A stretch of DNA of 64,000 bases from Bdellovibrionales bacterium (GTDB lineage: Bacteria; Bdellovibrionota; Bdellovibrionia; Bdellovibrionales; UBA1609): positions 256,001-320,000 of the forward strand of contig OZ244719.1 in NCBI GenBank assembly GCA_965219095.1, in the 5' to 3' direction. This document shows positions 52,796 to 63,470 of the stretch, piece after piece (the stretch's first letter is position 1; each line of letters begins with the position of its first letter). The notes below the pieces were generated by a model. It worked only from the letters and a program-made list of their open reading frames with translations, had not been told where the DNA came from and searched no databases. The position numbers and the translations under genes were made by a program.

Positions 52796-54714
52796 TAATG
52801 ACTTTATGAGGTGAGGATAGATAGCTTAATTACCTGAGTTCGTGCTCAAAAATGTACACTACAGACGGACGTTTTTTTGACAAGACTTTTTCCAATAGAT
52901 CTTAGTATTTTTTCTTGAACTTTATTCAAAGCTACTGTTTTGATAAGTCTAGTTTTATTTTTTCGGTCATAAAGATAGACATTATACATGCTACCGAGTT
53001 CTTCAAGAGCTTCCTCTGGAGACATCTGCATCTTTTCAAGCTTCATTTTTAGAATTGAAAGTATCAGACAAGATAAATAGCATATAAAGACATGTGATTG
53101 AACTCTGTTGTAAAGCCAATGACGAATTGGTCTCAAATTTGTTATTCCCTTTAAGGTCCTAAAAGATTTTTCAATTATCTCTTTCTTATAGTACAAATTA
53201 ACAATATCTTTTGCAGAGATCTTTTTTGTAGAAAATATACAAGAGTAACCATCAAACTCAGATTCTAAATTCAACCGATCTCTTCTTAATCTTCCTGTTG
53301 GAGTAAGGTATTTTTCCAAACCTGGTTTTATATTTTTATTTTTAGACAAAAGAATTTGTGCGTTTGCAATTTCGTCCAAACGAGATTCTCTTATATCTAA
53401 AGCTCTCCTTTGATTGTAACAAACAACTAAACGTCCTTTGATTTTTCCAACATTGTGATTAATGCTCTGAGCATACAAGGTACCACTTGATAACCTGATG
53501 CGATGGGATACATCAACAATAGAGTCTAGCCTTATCATTTTTCTAATCAAATCCTTCTCTTTTTTTCTGAGAGCAATCCCACAAAGCGTATTCCAGCCCA
53601 AATCATTGATTTCATTGAGGTTTCTCTCTGAAAAAATGCCTCTGTCGTAAACAAACATTCCTCCACTTAGTCCATAGTTTGCAAATCCATCGGATAAACT
53701 TAGTAGAGTCCTGCTATCGTGTATGTTTCCACTAAAAGTTTTATGAAACACTGGTATTCCTTCTTTTTGAGTTGTCACCAAACCAATTTGAATCAAAGGA
53801 TTTCCACGTTTCCCATCCTTACTCTTTCCTAATTTTCCAAGCTGACATTTGCTACCATAAAGGTATGTATTGGTAACATCGTACACCAACCCTTTTAGCT
53901 CAAGATTGTACCTTTTCTGAACACCTTGAAATATTTTCTTCTGTAAATTTTCTGGATCACTCTCTAAAGAATCTAGAGCAGAAAGCAAACGACTTTCGGT
54001 TAGATCCTCTAAATTTAGCAAAGTGTTTAAATCTGTTCTCTCATACCATTTTGGCATTTTTCTAAGGCTTTTGTAATCTAAACAGTGAGCATAGACCATG
54101 CTTAATATTTCATTGGAGTATTGGCCAAGAGATTTTTGCAAATCTATTTCCCTAGTATTTTATCTAAAACAAGCAAAGGACCATAAACCTTGACCTTTTC
54201 TATTTCAAGATCAGATGAACTCATTGAAATTACAGTTTCACCATTCTCTTCCTTCCCGATGTACCGAATATGCTTTTGGATAACTTTTCCATCAACCCTT
54301 TTGTTCTCTACTTCTGCAAGATATGTTACCTTTCCTCTTTTTATTCTTCTGATAAAGCTCATATTTCTCCCTCCTATAGTGTAATATATTACACTACAAA
54401 GGAAAATGCAAGGCAAGTTATTTTTTGTGATTTTATCTAAAAATCGAAAATTCCCCTATGAAAACTGAGATTTTTATGGAAAATGGGAAATTATAGCTTT
54501 GTAGTGTACATTTTTGGTCACGAATTTAGGTTAATTAGAGTGATATTTATAAAAAATTCATTTCGACGAATAGCACATCCTCTATTCCTGAAATTTACTA
54601 TAATCTAAGGTTTTAAATCTTCGGAATAAATTCATGATTTAAAACTAAAAAAGGTTTAGATAGACGCATGATAGGAATATGTTTTTTTTACAATGTGTAA
54701 AGGAAGAGTCATTA
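52796..54714 (+). ncRNA. Predicted bridge/seekRNA (52796-52832 + 54538-54714), interrupted by IS1634
   Basis: The rejoined sequence has nested stems enclosing loops that match both strands of the target and of the donor junction. Confidence 0.65.
52833..54530 (-). mobile_element. IS1634-like element with 7-bp TSD, frameshifted transposase
   Basis: TIR CCT(G/A)A(G/A)TTCGTG...AAAAATGTACACTACA with TTAATTA duplicated. Motifs YDVTNTY, YDRG, IEKSFR.LK and RPIRHW. Confidence 0.9.
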
Positions 54715-54940
54715 AAAAATGGAAAGGAAATGCAGGAAGTTTTTTCTTAGGTGATTAGAATATTCGTGACCGTATGCAAAAAAAATTTTTTATATTTTTT
54801 GTAAATGGAGAAGTGTTTTTTCTTGACATACTTTTTGATAGACACTCTAAAAATTTATAACAGAGTTTGATCAAAAAGCCAGGACACAATGTGTTAAAAG
54901 AATGTCGAATTAATTTTTGGAAATGGTATTATAAAATCCT

Positions 54941-56449
54941 ATGAAGTCCGTACGTCTCAGGTTTGCTCCTAGTCCTACAGGTTATTTGCATGTAGGAGGA
55001 GCGAGAACAGCTCTTTATAATTACCTTTTTTCTAAAAAGAAAAAAGGTAATTATATTCTTCGTATTGAGGATACAGATGAACAAAGAAGTTCAAAAGAGT
55101 TTTTAAAAGATCAAATGCGAGATTTGAAGTGGTTAGGGCTTTGTTGGAATGAAGGTTATGAAAAAGGCGGTAAATGGGGGCCTTATTTACAAAGTAAAAG
55201 GCGTCAACTCTATCAAAACTATGCTGATCAGTTAATTTCTGAGAAAAAAGCTTATTATTGTTTTATGACTGACGAAGATATATTAGATCAAAAAAGAAAA
55301 CAAAAAGAAAGAAAAGATATATTTCAGGCAGTCAGTCCTTACAGAAATCAAAACATTACAAAAACTGAAGCTGAAAAAAGAGGCCTTTATACGGTTCGTT
55401 TCAAAATAAAAGAAAAAAAAGAGGTTTATACTTTTTTTGACGAGATTAGAAAAGAAGTAAAGTTTCCTTCTGATATGGTAGGAGATTTTGTGTTGATACG
55501 TTCAAATGGCATGCCTGTTTATAATTTTTGTTGTGTTATCGATGATCATAAGATGGCTATAACTCATGCATTCCGTTCAGAAGAACATCTTTCTAACACT
55601 TTGAAGCAACTTATGATCTATGAAGCTTTCGGCTGGACTCCTCCTCGGTGGGTCCATCTATCTATAATTCTAGGCGACAACCGACAGAAGTTAAGCAAAA
55701 GACATGGGGCTGTAAGCTGCCATGAAATGCGTTCTAAAGGTTATCTGCCAGAAGCTTTAAACAATACTCTTGCTCTTTTAGGCTGGAGCCATCCTGAGGG
55801 AAAAGAGGTATTAGACAAAAAAGAACTTATAGAAAGTTTTTCTTTAGAACGTCTACAAGCCTCCCCCGCTGTTTTTGATCTTAATAAACTCAATTTTCTT
55901 AACAGCCAACACCTTTGGCATTCAGGTGAAAGTCAGGACAAAATTTTTACAAAAAAAATTCTTCCCTTTTTCAAAGAAATAAAGAATATAGAATTTAAAA
56001 AAATAAATCCCTCCTATTATGAAACAACCGTTAATAATAAGCCATTTGTTTTGCGATCTGAAATGTTTGTCGACACCTGCAAAGCTGTAACTCAGACTTT
56101 ACAACAAGTTTATGAGGTATTTGAAATCATAACAAAAGAGAATTTGGAACTTGATAAAAATGATGACTTAACAAAAGAAGTTTTAAGTTGGCCTGAAACT
56201 AAAAATGTCATTTACTTTTGGAAAGAAGAGCTATCAGGGTTTAACCAACAATTTTTTAGCAAAGAAAGTTTTCTAGAGGTACAAAAAAAGATTCAAAATA
56301 CATTTAAAATCAAAGGAAAAAAGCTCTTTATGCCCTTAAGATTAAGCATTTTAGGAAGACCTCAAGGTTTTGAGATTAAAGAAATTGTCCCCCTTATTGA
56401 GATTTCAAAATTAAAAGCAAAGGCTCAGTATGTCGCTCAGTATTTATAA
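54941..56449 (+). CDS. gltX: Glutamate-tRNA ligase
   Basis: RFAPSPTGYLHVGG, LRIEDTD and KLSKRHG. Confidence 0.96.
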   Translation: MKSVRLRFAPSPTGYLHVGGARTALYNYLFSKKKKGNYILRIEDTDEQRSSKEFLKDQMRDLKWLGLCWNEGYEKGGKWGPYLQSKRRQLYQNYADQLISEKKAYYCFMTDEDILDQKRKQKERKDIFQAVSPYRNQNITKTEAEKRGLYTVRFKIKEKKEVYTFFDEIRKEVKFPSDMVGDFVLIRSNGMPVYNFCCVIDDHKMAITHAFRSEEHLSNTLKQLMIYEAFGWTPPRWVHLSIILGDNRQKLSKRHGAVSCHEMRSKGYLPEALNNTLALLGWSHPEGKEVLDKKELIESFSLERLQASPAVFDLNKLNFLNSQHLWHSGESQDKIFTKKILPFFKEIKNIEFKKINPSYYETTVNNKPFVLRSEMFVDTCKAVTQTLQQVYEVFEIITKENLELDKNDDLTKEVLSWPETKNVIYFWKEELSGFNQQFFSKESFLEVQKKIQNTFKIKGKKLFMPLRLSILGRPQGFEIKEIVPLIEISKLKAKAQYVAQYL

Positions 56450-57848
56450 TAGTTTAACAAGAAAAAAAGAGTTGTTTAGGCCGGTTAAAGAAAAAAAAGT
56501 GACCATGTATGTTTGCGGACCTACTGTTTATGATTATCTTCATGTAGGTAATTTCAGAGGAAGTGTGTTTTTTAACATGGTACGTAGCTGGCTTGAAGAA
56601 CTAGGTTACAAAGTCATTTATGTGTTTAATTACACAGATGTAGATGACAAGGTCATTGAAGCATCAAAGAAAGAAAAAATAACAGCTTCAGAGGTAGCCG
56701 ATAAGTACATTAAAGCTTTTGAAGAGGATTATAAGTGCTTAGGATTAAAGCCCCATGATCATAACCCTCGCATTACAGAGTTTATGGGAGAAATCATTTC
56801 TTTTATTGAGGATTTGCTCAAACAAGATAAGGCCTATGTTGTGAAAACTGAACATGGAAAAGATGTGTTTTATGACATAAAAGCGTTTAGAAATTACGGC
56901 AGATTAAGTAATAAGAAAATTGAAGAATTAGCTAGAGGTGTACGTATTGATATAAGCGAGGGGAAGAAAAATCCTAGTGATTTTGTGTTGTGGAAATCAG
57001 CAAAACAAAATGAACCTTTTTGGGATTCTCCTTGGGGGAGAGGACGTCCTGGATGGCATATTGAGTGCTCAACTATGAGCCAAGCTCTTTTAGGTGATGA
57101 AATTGATATTCATGGTGGAGGCTTAGATCTGATCTTCCCCCATCATGAAAATGAAATTGCTCAAAGCGAAGGACGCACTCAAAAAACTTTTGTTAGGTAT
57201 TGGATGCATCATAACATGCTTGATTTAAAAGGTGAAAAAATGTCTAAATCTTTAGGAAACCTCATTAAAGGAAGGGTTTTTTTTAGAACCTATGATTCAG
57301 AAGTTTATAAATACATGATTTTATCCTCCCATTATAGAAGTGTAATTGATTTTTCAGAAAAGCAAATCCATATAGCTATTAATAGATTAGCTCGTATTTA
57401 TTCAGCTTTAAAAGAATCTAAAGAAAGCTCACATGAAAATAAGTTTGATCCTGTTTTAGAAAAAGCAGACAAAGGTTTTAAAGATGCTCTTAATGATGAT
57501 TTTAACACAGTCGAAGCTTTGGCTCGTGTTTTTGAAGTGATAAGAGAGTTTAACAAACTTCAGGACCATAAAAAAACTAAATCCTTTTACACTTGGCTTG
57601 TGAAAAAAGGGGAACTTATGTCTCTTTTTCAAAGAAAACCTCATGAGTACCTCCAATTTTTAGATAATTTTCTCTTAAAACAAAAAGAACTTTCAAGACA
57701 GAATATTGAAAAGTTAATACAAGAAAGACTTCAAGCTAGAAAAGAAAAAAACTACATTCTTTCTGACAAAATTAGAAATAAGCTTACAAATTTAGGTATT
57801 TTAGTTAAAGATCTGAAAGATACAACTGTTTGGGAGGTCAAAAAGTGA
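56430..57848 (+). CDS. cysS: Cysteine-tRNA ligase
   Basis: [18 protein letters not shown] and KMSKSLGN. Confidence 0.97.
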   Translation: MSLSIYNSLTRKKELFRPVKEKKVTMYVCGPTVYDYLHVGNFRGSVFFNMVRSWLEELGYKVIYVFNYTDVDDKVIEASKKEKITASEVADKYIKAFEEDYKCLGLKPHDHNPRITEFMGEIISFIEDLLKQDKAYVVKTEHGKDVFYDIKAFRNYGRLSNKKIEELARGVRIDISEGKKNPSDFVLWKSAKQNEPFWDSPWGRGRPGWHIECSTMSQALLGDEIDIHGGGLDLIFPHHENEIAQSEGRTQKTFVRYWMHHNMLDLKGEKMSKSLGNLIKGRVFFRTYDSEVYKYMILSSHYRSVIDFSEKQIHIAINRLARIYSALKESKESSHENKFDPVLEKADKGFKDALNDDFNTVEALARVFEVIREFNKLQDHKKTKSFYTWLVKKGELMSLFQRKPHEYLQFLDNFLLKQKELSRQNIEKLIQERLQARKEKNYILSDKIRNKLTNLGILVKDLKDTTVWEVKK

Positions 57849-59848
57849 GGCCGTTTAAGATCCACTCCCCTTTTAAACCTTGTGGAGATCAACCTCAAGC
57901 CATTCAATCTTTGGTTGAAAATTTTAAGAAAAACAAGAAGAAACAAGTTTTGTTAGGGGTTACAGGTTCGGGAAAAACTTTCACTATGGCTGGAGTTATA
58001 GAGCAACTTAAAAGGCCTACTTTGATTTTAGTTCATAACAAAACTCTAGCAGGTCAGTTGTATGCTGAATTTAAATCCCTTTTTCCTGAAAATGCAGTCG
58101 AATACTTTGTGAGCTACTACGATTATTATCAACCTGAAGCTTATATTCCTTCCACTCATACTTTCATAGAAAAAGATTCTTCCATTAATGATCAGATTGA
58201 TCGTATGAGACATGCGGCAACCCGTGCTTTAATAGAAAGGGAAGATGTGATTATTGTTGCAAGTGTTTCTTGTATTTATGGCTTAGGAAGCCCTGATATT
58301 TATAAAAAGCTTGTTTTAAATGTGAAAGCTGACACACAGATGAATAGGAACCATTTTTTAAGAGATTTAGTAAAACTTCAGTACTCAAGAAATGATATAG
58401 ACTTTAAAAGAGGAACATTTAGAGTGAGGGGTGATAGTGTGGAGGTCTTCCCTCCTTCTGAAGAGGAACGTATTGTGAGAGTTGAGTTCTTTGGTGATTT
58501 TATAGAACAGATCTCATGGCTTGATTCTTTGAAAAAAATAACTTTGAAAAAAGTAGATGAGATAAGTTTTTTTCCTACCAATCATTACATAGGAACAGAG
58601 GAAATTAACAAAAGAGCTATAGAAAGCATTCGCAAAGAGCTAAGAGAGATGATTCAAAAATACAAAAGGTCTGTTGATATGCTCAAGGCTGAGAGAATTG
58701 AACAAAGGACATCCTATGATTTAGAACTTATGGGAGAGTTGGGCTTTTGTCCTGGTATTGAGAACTACTCACGACATTTTAGCGGAAGGCAAGAAGGAGC
58801 CCCTCCTCCTACTTTATTAGAGTACTTTCCTGAAGACTTTCTTTTAATCATTGATGAAAGTCATGTGAGTGTACCTCAAGTCGGAGGTATGTATAGAGGT
58901 GATAGAGCTCGAAAACTCACTCTTGTAGAACATGCTTTCCGTCTCCCTTCGGCTTTAGACAACAGACCTTTGAACTTTCAGGAGTTTGAAGATTTTTTGG
59001 ATAAAACTCTTTATGTCTCTGCTACACCAGGAGAGTATGAACTAAGAAAAAGCTCTGGTCTTATTGCAGAACAGATCAATCGTCCTACAGGGCTTCTTGA
59101 TCCTCAAGTAGAAGTAAGAAAGGCTAAATATCAGGTTGATGATCTCTTAGATGAAATTAAAAAATGCGTGTCAAAAAAACAAAGAACTTTAGTGACAACT
59201 TTAACAAAAAAAATGGCTGAAGATTTGACCCATTACTATTCCAGCATAGGAATTAAGGTTAAGTATTTACACAGTGATGTTAAAACCATTGAACGTATGG
59301 AAATTGTCAGAGATTTAAGATTAGGTGTGTTTGATGTTTTAATAGGCATCAACCTTTTAAGAGAGGGTCTTGATCTTCCTGAGGTGAGTTTGGTAGCAAT
59401 TTTAGATGCAGATAAAGAAGGTTTTTTAAGATCTCAAACTTCTTTGATCCAAACCATAGGAAGGGCTGCTCGTCATATAGAAGGAAAAGCCCTGCTTTAT
59501 GCTGACAGACAAACAAATTCTATAAAAAAAGCTATTGAAGAGACAAGAAGAAGACGGAAGATTCAAGAAGAACATAATAAAAAACATCATATCAAACCTC
59601 AAAGCATAAAATCTGAAATCAGACAAGGACTTATGGAAATTTTCACTAACACTGAAAAAGAAAAAGAGTTTTTAGAAAAAGAAGCTCAGAAGTACAAAAA
59701 AGATAGCAAAGCCCTAAAAGAAGACATCGCTAAGCTTCATGTCCAAATGAAAAAAGCTGCAGCTGAATTGAATTTCGAAGAAGCCTCTCGTTTAAGAGAT
59801 GAGATCAAAAGATGTAAGTTTTTAGAGCTTGAACTTTTAGACCATTAA
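57845..59848 (+). CDS. uvrB: Excinuclease ABC subunit B
   Basis: [18 protein letters not shown] and DESH. The GTG start overlaps the cysS stop. Confidence 0.97.
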   Translation: MRPFKIHSPFKPCGDQPQAIQSLVENFKKNKKKQVLLGVTGSGKTFTMAGVIEQLKRPTLILVHNKTLAGQLYAEFKSLFPENAVEYFVSYYDYYQPEAYIPSTHTFIEKDSSINDQIDRMRHAATRALIEREDVIIVASVSCIYGLGSPDIYKKLVLNVKADTQMNRNHFLRDLVKLQYSRNDIDFKRGTFRVRGDSVEVFPPSEEERIVRVEFFGDFIEQISWLDSLKKITLKKVDEISFFPTNHYIGTEEINKRAIESIRKELREMIQKYKRSVDMLKAERIEQRTSYDLELMGELGFCPGIENYSRHFSGRQEGAPPPTLLEYFPEDFLLIIDESHVSVPQVGGMYRGDRARKLTLVEHAFRLPSALDNRPLNFQEFEDFLDKTLYVSATPGEYELRKSSGLIAEQINRPTGLLDPQVEVRKAKYQVDDLLDEIKKCVSKKQRTLVTTLTKKMAEDLTHYYSSIGIKVKYLHSDVKTIERMEIVRDLRLGVFDVLIGINLLREGLDLPEVSLVAILDADKEGFLRSQTSLIQTIGRAARHIEGKALLYADRQTNSIKKAIEETRRRRKIQEEHNKKHHIKPQSIKSEIRQGLMEIFTNTEKEKEFLEKEAQKYKKDSKALKEDIAKLHVQMKKAAAELNFEEASRLRDEIKRCKFLELELLDH

Positions 59849-59857
59849 ACTTCTTTT

Positions 59858-61711
59858 ATGACAAAGCCTGAGAAAAAATCATTTTTGAAAGCTCTTAAGG
59901 AGAAATCCTTAAAATTGCCTTTAGTATCAGGGGTTTATTTTATGAAAAGCGATAATAAAATTCTTTACATTGGAAAGGCTAAAAACATCAAAAATAGAGT
60001 CCAGTCTTATTTTTCAAGTTCAAGTTTGAAAACTTCCTTTCTCCTAAAAAACACAAAGGATATTGATTATATTATAACCTCTAATGAGGCTGAGGCCTTG
60101 TTATTAGAAGCTCGTTTAATTAAAAAACATCAACCTCGTTACAATATAAGACTGAAAGATGACAAAGCTTACCCCTATATAAAAGCCTCTTTAAACCATA
60201 GTTTTCCTCGGTTTGAGTTGGCAAGGAAAGTACAGCGTAAAAAAGGTCATATGTATTATGGCCCTTACTCTAGCAGTGCTTTAGTAAGAGATCTTATAGC
60301 TTTAATAAGTCAGGTTTTCTACATCAGAGATTGTAAGGACGCTTTTATGAAAAATAGAGTCCGTCCCTGCTTAACTTATCAGATTGGTCGCTGTAAGGCT
60401 CCTTGTGTGGATTTAGTTTCAAAAGACAAGTACCATGAAGATTTCCAAAAAGCTCAAGCCCTTCTTAAGGGACAAAATAAGAAGATTCTTAAAGAGTTAG
60501 AACGAAAGATGAATGAAGCTTCTGAGGAAAAAAAGTATGAGGTGGCGGCACATTTTAGAGATCAAATTAGAGCTATTCATTCTTTATGGGAAAAACAATC
60601 TGTTGTAAGAATCAAGGATGAATCTAAAGACATAGATGTTTTTGGTTTTTATGAAGATCAAAGAGGGTTTTTGGTAGAGCTTTTGTATGTGAGGGGAGGA
60701 GGGGTTTCAGGCCATCGTTGTTATTTTTTCTCATCCACAAGGAATCGAATCGATGATAAGGAGGAGTTTTTTGTTTCCTTTTTAACACAGTATTATACAG
60801 ACAATCTTATTCCTCAAGAAATATACCTTCCTTTAAGCCTTAATACATCCATTCAAAAAACTTTAGAAGAGGTTTTAAGTTCTTTAAAGCAGTCAAGAGT
60901 TTGTATTTCAGAACTTCCTCAACACAATGAACTTATGAAAACTTGTTTTGAAAATGCTAAAAACCATTTTGATAAAAAAGTAAGTCTTTATGAAACACAG
61001 CAAAAAGCTCTTTTAGAAATACAAAGGAAATTGCATCTAGACAAAATCCCTTTTCGTATGGAGTGTTATGACATCTCCCACCTTCAAGGAAACCAGACTG
61101 TGGCAAGTTGTATTGTCTTTGAAGATGGAGATCCCAAGAAACAAGATTATCGTAAGTACAAGCTTAAAACAAAGGGAGGTGATGATTATGCCTCTATGAG
61201 AGAGGTTTTTGAAAGACGGTTTTCAAAAGAAAGTGCAGGACCTGATTTGATTTTAGTGGACGGCGGAAAAGGACAATTGTCTGTTGCTATAGAAGTTTTA
61301 AGGGAATTAGAAAAGTCTCATTTGCCCATCGTAGCTGTTGCGAAACAGAGAACTGAAAAAGCTTTTCAAAAACAAGAGATCTCTCAGAGTGAAGAAAGAT
61401 TTTTCCTACCTAATCGTAAAAACCCTGTTTTGTTTAAAACCTCCTCTTTGAGCTTTCGTATTTTAGTACAATTGAGAGATGAAGCCCACAGATTTGCTCT
61501 TAGCTTTCATAGAAATTTAAGGAAAAAAAACTACTCCATGAGTGTTTTAGATTCTGTTAAAGGTTTAGGTCCAAAAAAAAGGAGGGTTTTATTGGAAAAA
61601 TTTGGATCCATAGAGCTTTTAAAGAAAGCTTCAAAAGAAGAACTCTTAAAAGTTCCCTCATTGAATCAAAAAATAGCTCATGACATTTATGAGCTATTAA
61701 AAAACATTTGA
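59858..61711 (+). CDS. uvrC: Excinuclease ABC subunit C
   Basis: GVY...YIGKA GIY-YIG domain, ECYDISH, DGGKGQ, RDEAHRFA and HhH. Confidence 0.96.
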   Translation: MTKPEKKSFLKALKEKSLKLPLVSGVYFMKSDNKILYIGKAKNIKNRVQSYFSSSSLKTSFLLKNTKDIDYIITSNEAEALLLEARLIKKHQPRYNIRLKDDKAYPYIKASLNHSFPRFELARKVQRKKGHMYYGPYSSSALVRDLIALISQVFYIRDCKDAFMKNRVRPCLTYQIGRCKAPCVDLVSKDKYHEDFQKAQALLKGQNKKILKELERKMNEASEEKKYEVAAHFRDQIRAIHSLWEKQSVVRIKDESKDIDVFGFYEDQRGFLVELLYVRGGGVSGHRCYFFSSTRNRIDDKEEFFVSFLTQYYTDNLIPQEIYLPLSLNTSIQKTLEEVLSSLKQSRVCISELPQHNELMKTCFENAKNHFDKKVSLYETQQKALLEIQRKLHLDKIPFRMECYDISHLQGNQTVASCIVFEDGDPKKQDYRKYKLKTKGGDDYASMREVFERRFSKESAGPDLILVDGGKGQLSVAIEVLRELEKSHLPIVAVAKQRTEKAFQKQEISQSEERFFLPNRKNPVLFKTSSLSFRILVQLRDEAHRFALSFHRNLRKKNYSMSVLDSVKGLGPKKRRVLLEKFGSIELLKKASKEELLKVPSLNQKIAHDIYELLKNI

Positions 61712-61727
61712 ATTGTTTGGGGGGCGA

Positions 61728-61934
61728 TTACTGTAAAGAGTGTGAGGTTTTTTTGTTTTTCACTCCGCAGTTAGGACATGAAGCTTCTTCTTCTACATAA
61801 TTTCTCAAAAAATCACTGATATGAGTAAATATCAACTCCTTTCCGCAGAGAATGCACTTTTCTTCTTCATAAAGAGTTTTTTTCTCTAAACTTTCTTTTT
61901 CGTACATGTAAATCTCGTGTGTTTTGTCTCTCAT
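61728..61934 (-). CDS. Small zinc-ribbon protein
   Basis: CILCG...CPNCG with RBS AAGGAGG. Confidence 0.75.
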   Translation of the reverse strand: MRDKTHEIYMYEKESLEKKTLYEEEKCILCGKELIFTHISDFLRNYVEEEASCPNCGVKNKKTSHSLQ

Positions 61935-62227
61935 ATAACAACCTCCTTCTTAAAAACTTCTTCGGTTAGAACAGAAAAGAAGTTAAAGAAAAATAGGATT
62001 TTCTAGACCTTAGATATGGAAAACTATGAAAAAAGTTGCACTAGTGAATTTCCAGCTATGGAGATGCGTCCTATACCAACACGCACCAGTCCCATCAAGC
62101 CCAGCTCTAATGACCGTTTTTGATTCGACTATCCGAGACCTTAATCCACCTTTTTTAGAAGACAGATCATCTCATGGTTTTATTCCTTGTTTATCAAGTT
62201 CTATCCGACTAACGAGCTTTTTTTGTA

Positions 62228-63469
62228 ATACCATTTCCAAAAATTAATTCGACATTTTTTTAACGCATTGCGTCCTGGCTTTTTGATAAAACTCTGTTAA
62301 ATTTTTAGAGTCATGTCGAAAAAAGATTTAGTTACACAGATTCAAGGGTATAATTTTCTAGCTACTTACAAAGTAGAAAGAAGTGCCAACATCAAGACAA
62401 AATTATTGGCTTTGCAGCATATGCAAGAAGGAAAATCGATTCAAGAAACAGCAGGTATGGTTTTGTATCACCGTCACAGTATCAAATCCTGGTTACAGTC
62501 TTTTGTAGACTTTGATTACGAGGGATTGATAGATCGAGAAGGCAGAGGACGCAAGCCTCGTTTGCCAGTGACAGAAGAGGAGAACTTCAAAATCAAGTTA
62601 GATGAAATTCAAGACAAAAGAGAGGGAGGAAGCATAGGAGCAAAGGAAATACAGAAACTTTTAGCAGATGAATTTGACTGTTGCTATTCTCTTTCTGGGG
62701 TTTATGCTCTTTTAGACCGCCTTAATATTGTATGGATCAGTGGTCGTTCTCTTCATCCTAAAAGTTCACAAGAAGCTATGGAACAGTTTAAGGAACATTT
62801 TCCAGAAGAGGTGGAGAAAATAAAGGAAAAGATTCAGACTAATAAAATAGAGATTTGGTGGCAGGATGAATGCAGAATAGGCCAGCAAGGTTCTTTGAGT
62901 AGGATTTGGGCAAGAAAAGGCACACGGCCTAGAGTTGTGAGGCAAAGACAATTTTTATCCACTTATATTTTTGGAGCAGTTTGTCCGGATAGAGATAAAG
63001 GCTGTGCTTGGATCTTACCGGAATGTAATTCAGGGATGATGCAAATTCACTTAGATGAGATATCTAAAAATATTCAAGAAAACTATCATGGAATTGTTTT
63101 AATGGACAGAGCCAGTTGGCATACCACAGAGACTTTGATAGTTCCTAAGAATTTATCCCTGATGCCTTTACCTCCTTATAGTCCAGAATTAAATCCCATG
63201 GAACAAGTCTGGCAACAATTACGAAGGATCAAATTATCGAATGCATGTTTTAAAAACTATGACCATATACTGAATACTTGTTGTGAGGCCTGGAATACTT
63301 TTTGCGATCAGGAGGGCAGGATTAAAAAATTATGCACTCGATCTTGGACAAAACAACAAGATGAATCAAGCTTGTAAATTAATTTGAACCTATAAATTAA
63401 ATTGTTTAACTGATTTTTTTCATTTTAAATTTGAACATGAAAATGTCGAATTAATTTCTGTAATTGGTA
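62228..63469 (+). mobile_element. IS630-family element (type A) with an intact 354-aa transposase (62313-63377)
   Basis: Single ORF with QDE, MDRASWH and PPYSPELNPME. TIR TACCA.TT.CA.AAATTAATTCGACATTTT with TA flanks. Confidence 0.95.
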
Positions 63470-63470
63470 T

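Larger units (their letters stand above)
51487..54843 (+). mobile_element. IS110-family (IS1111-type) element, recombinase pseudogene ~51748-52751
   Basis: MYDHYIAVDWA, KTDKIDA, SIPGIG and CGL....MSGG. Sub-terminal IR ATCAAAAAG/CTTTTTGAT, GAC at both junctions and TTGACA near the right end. Confidence 0.85.
50168..54929 (-). mobile_element. Decayed IS630 type A copy (50168-51486 + 54844-54929) split at its start codon by IS110
   Basis: Both TIRs are present with TA flanks at 50166-50167 and 54930-54931. The left end resumes at 54844. Confidence 0.9.

Noticed and set aside
62045..62227. Decayed transposase-like frame on the minus strand, and the 73-aa plus-strand ORF
   Set aside because: Only weak motif similarity and an internal stop. 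The plus-strand ORF runs into the IS630 TIR.
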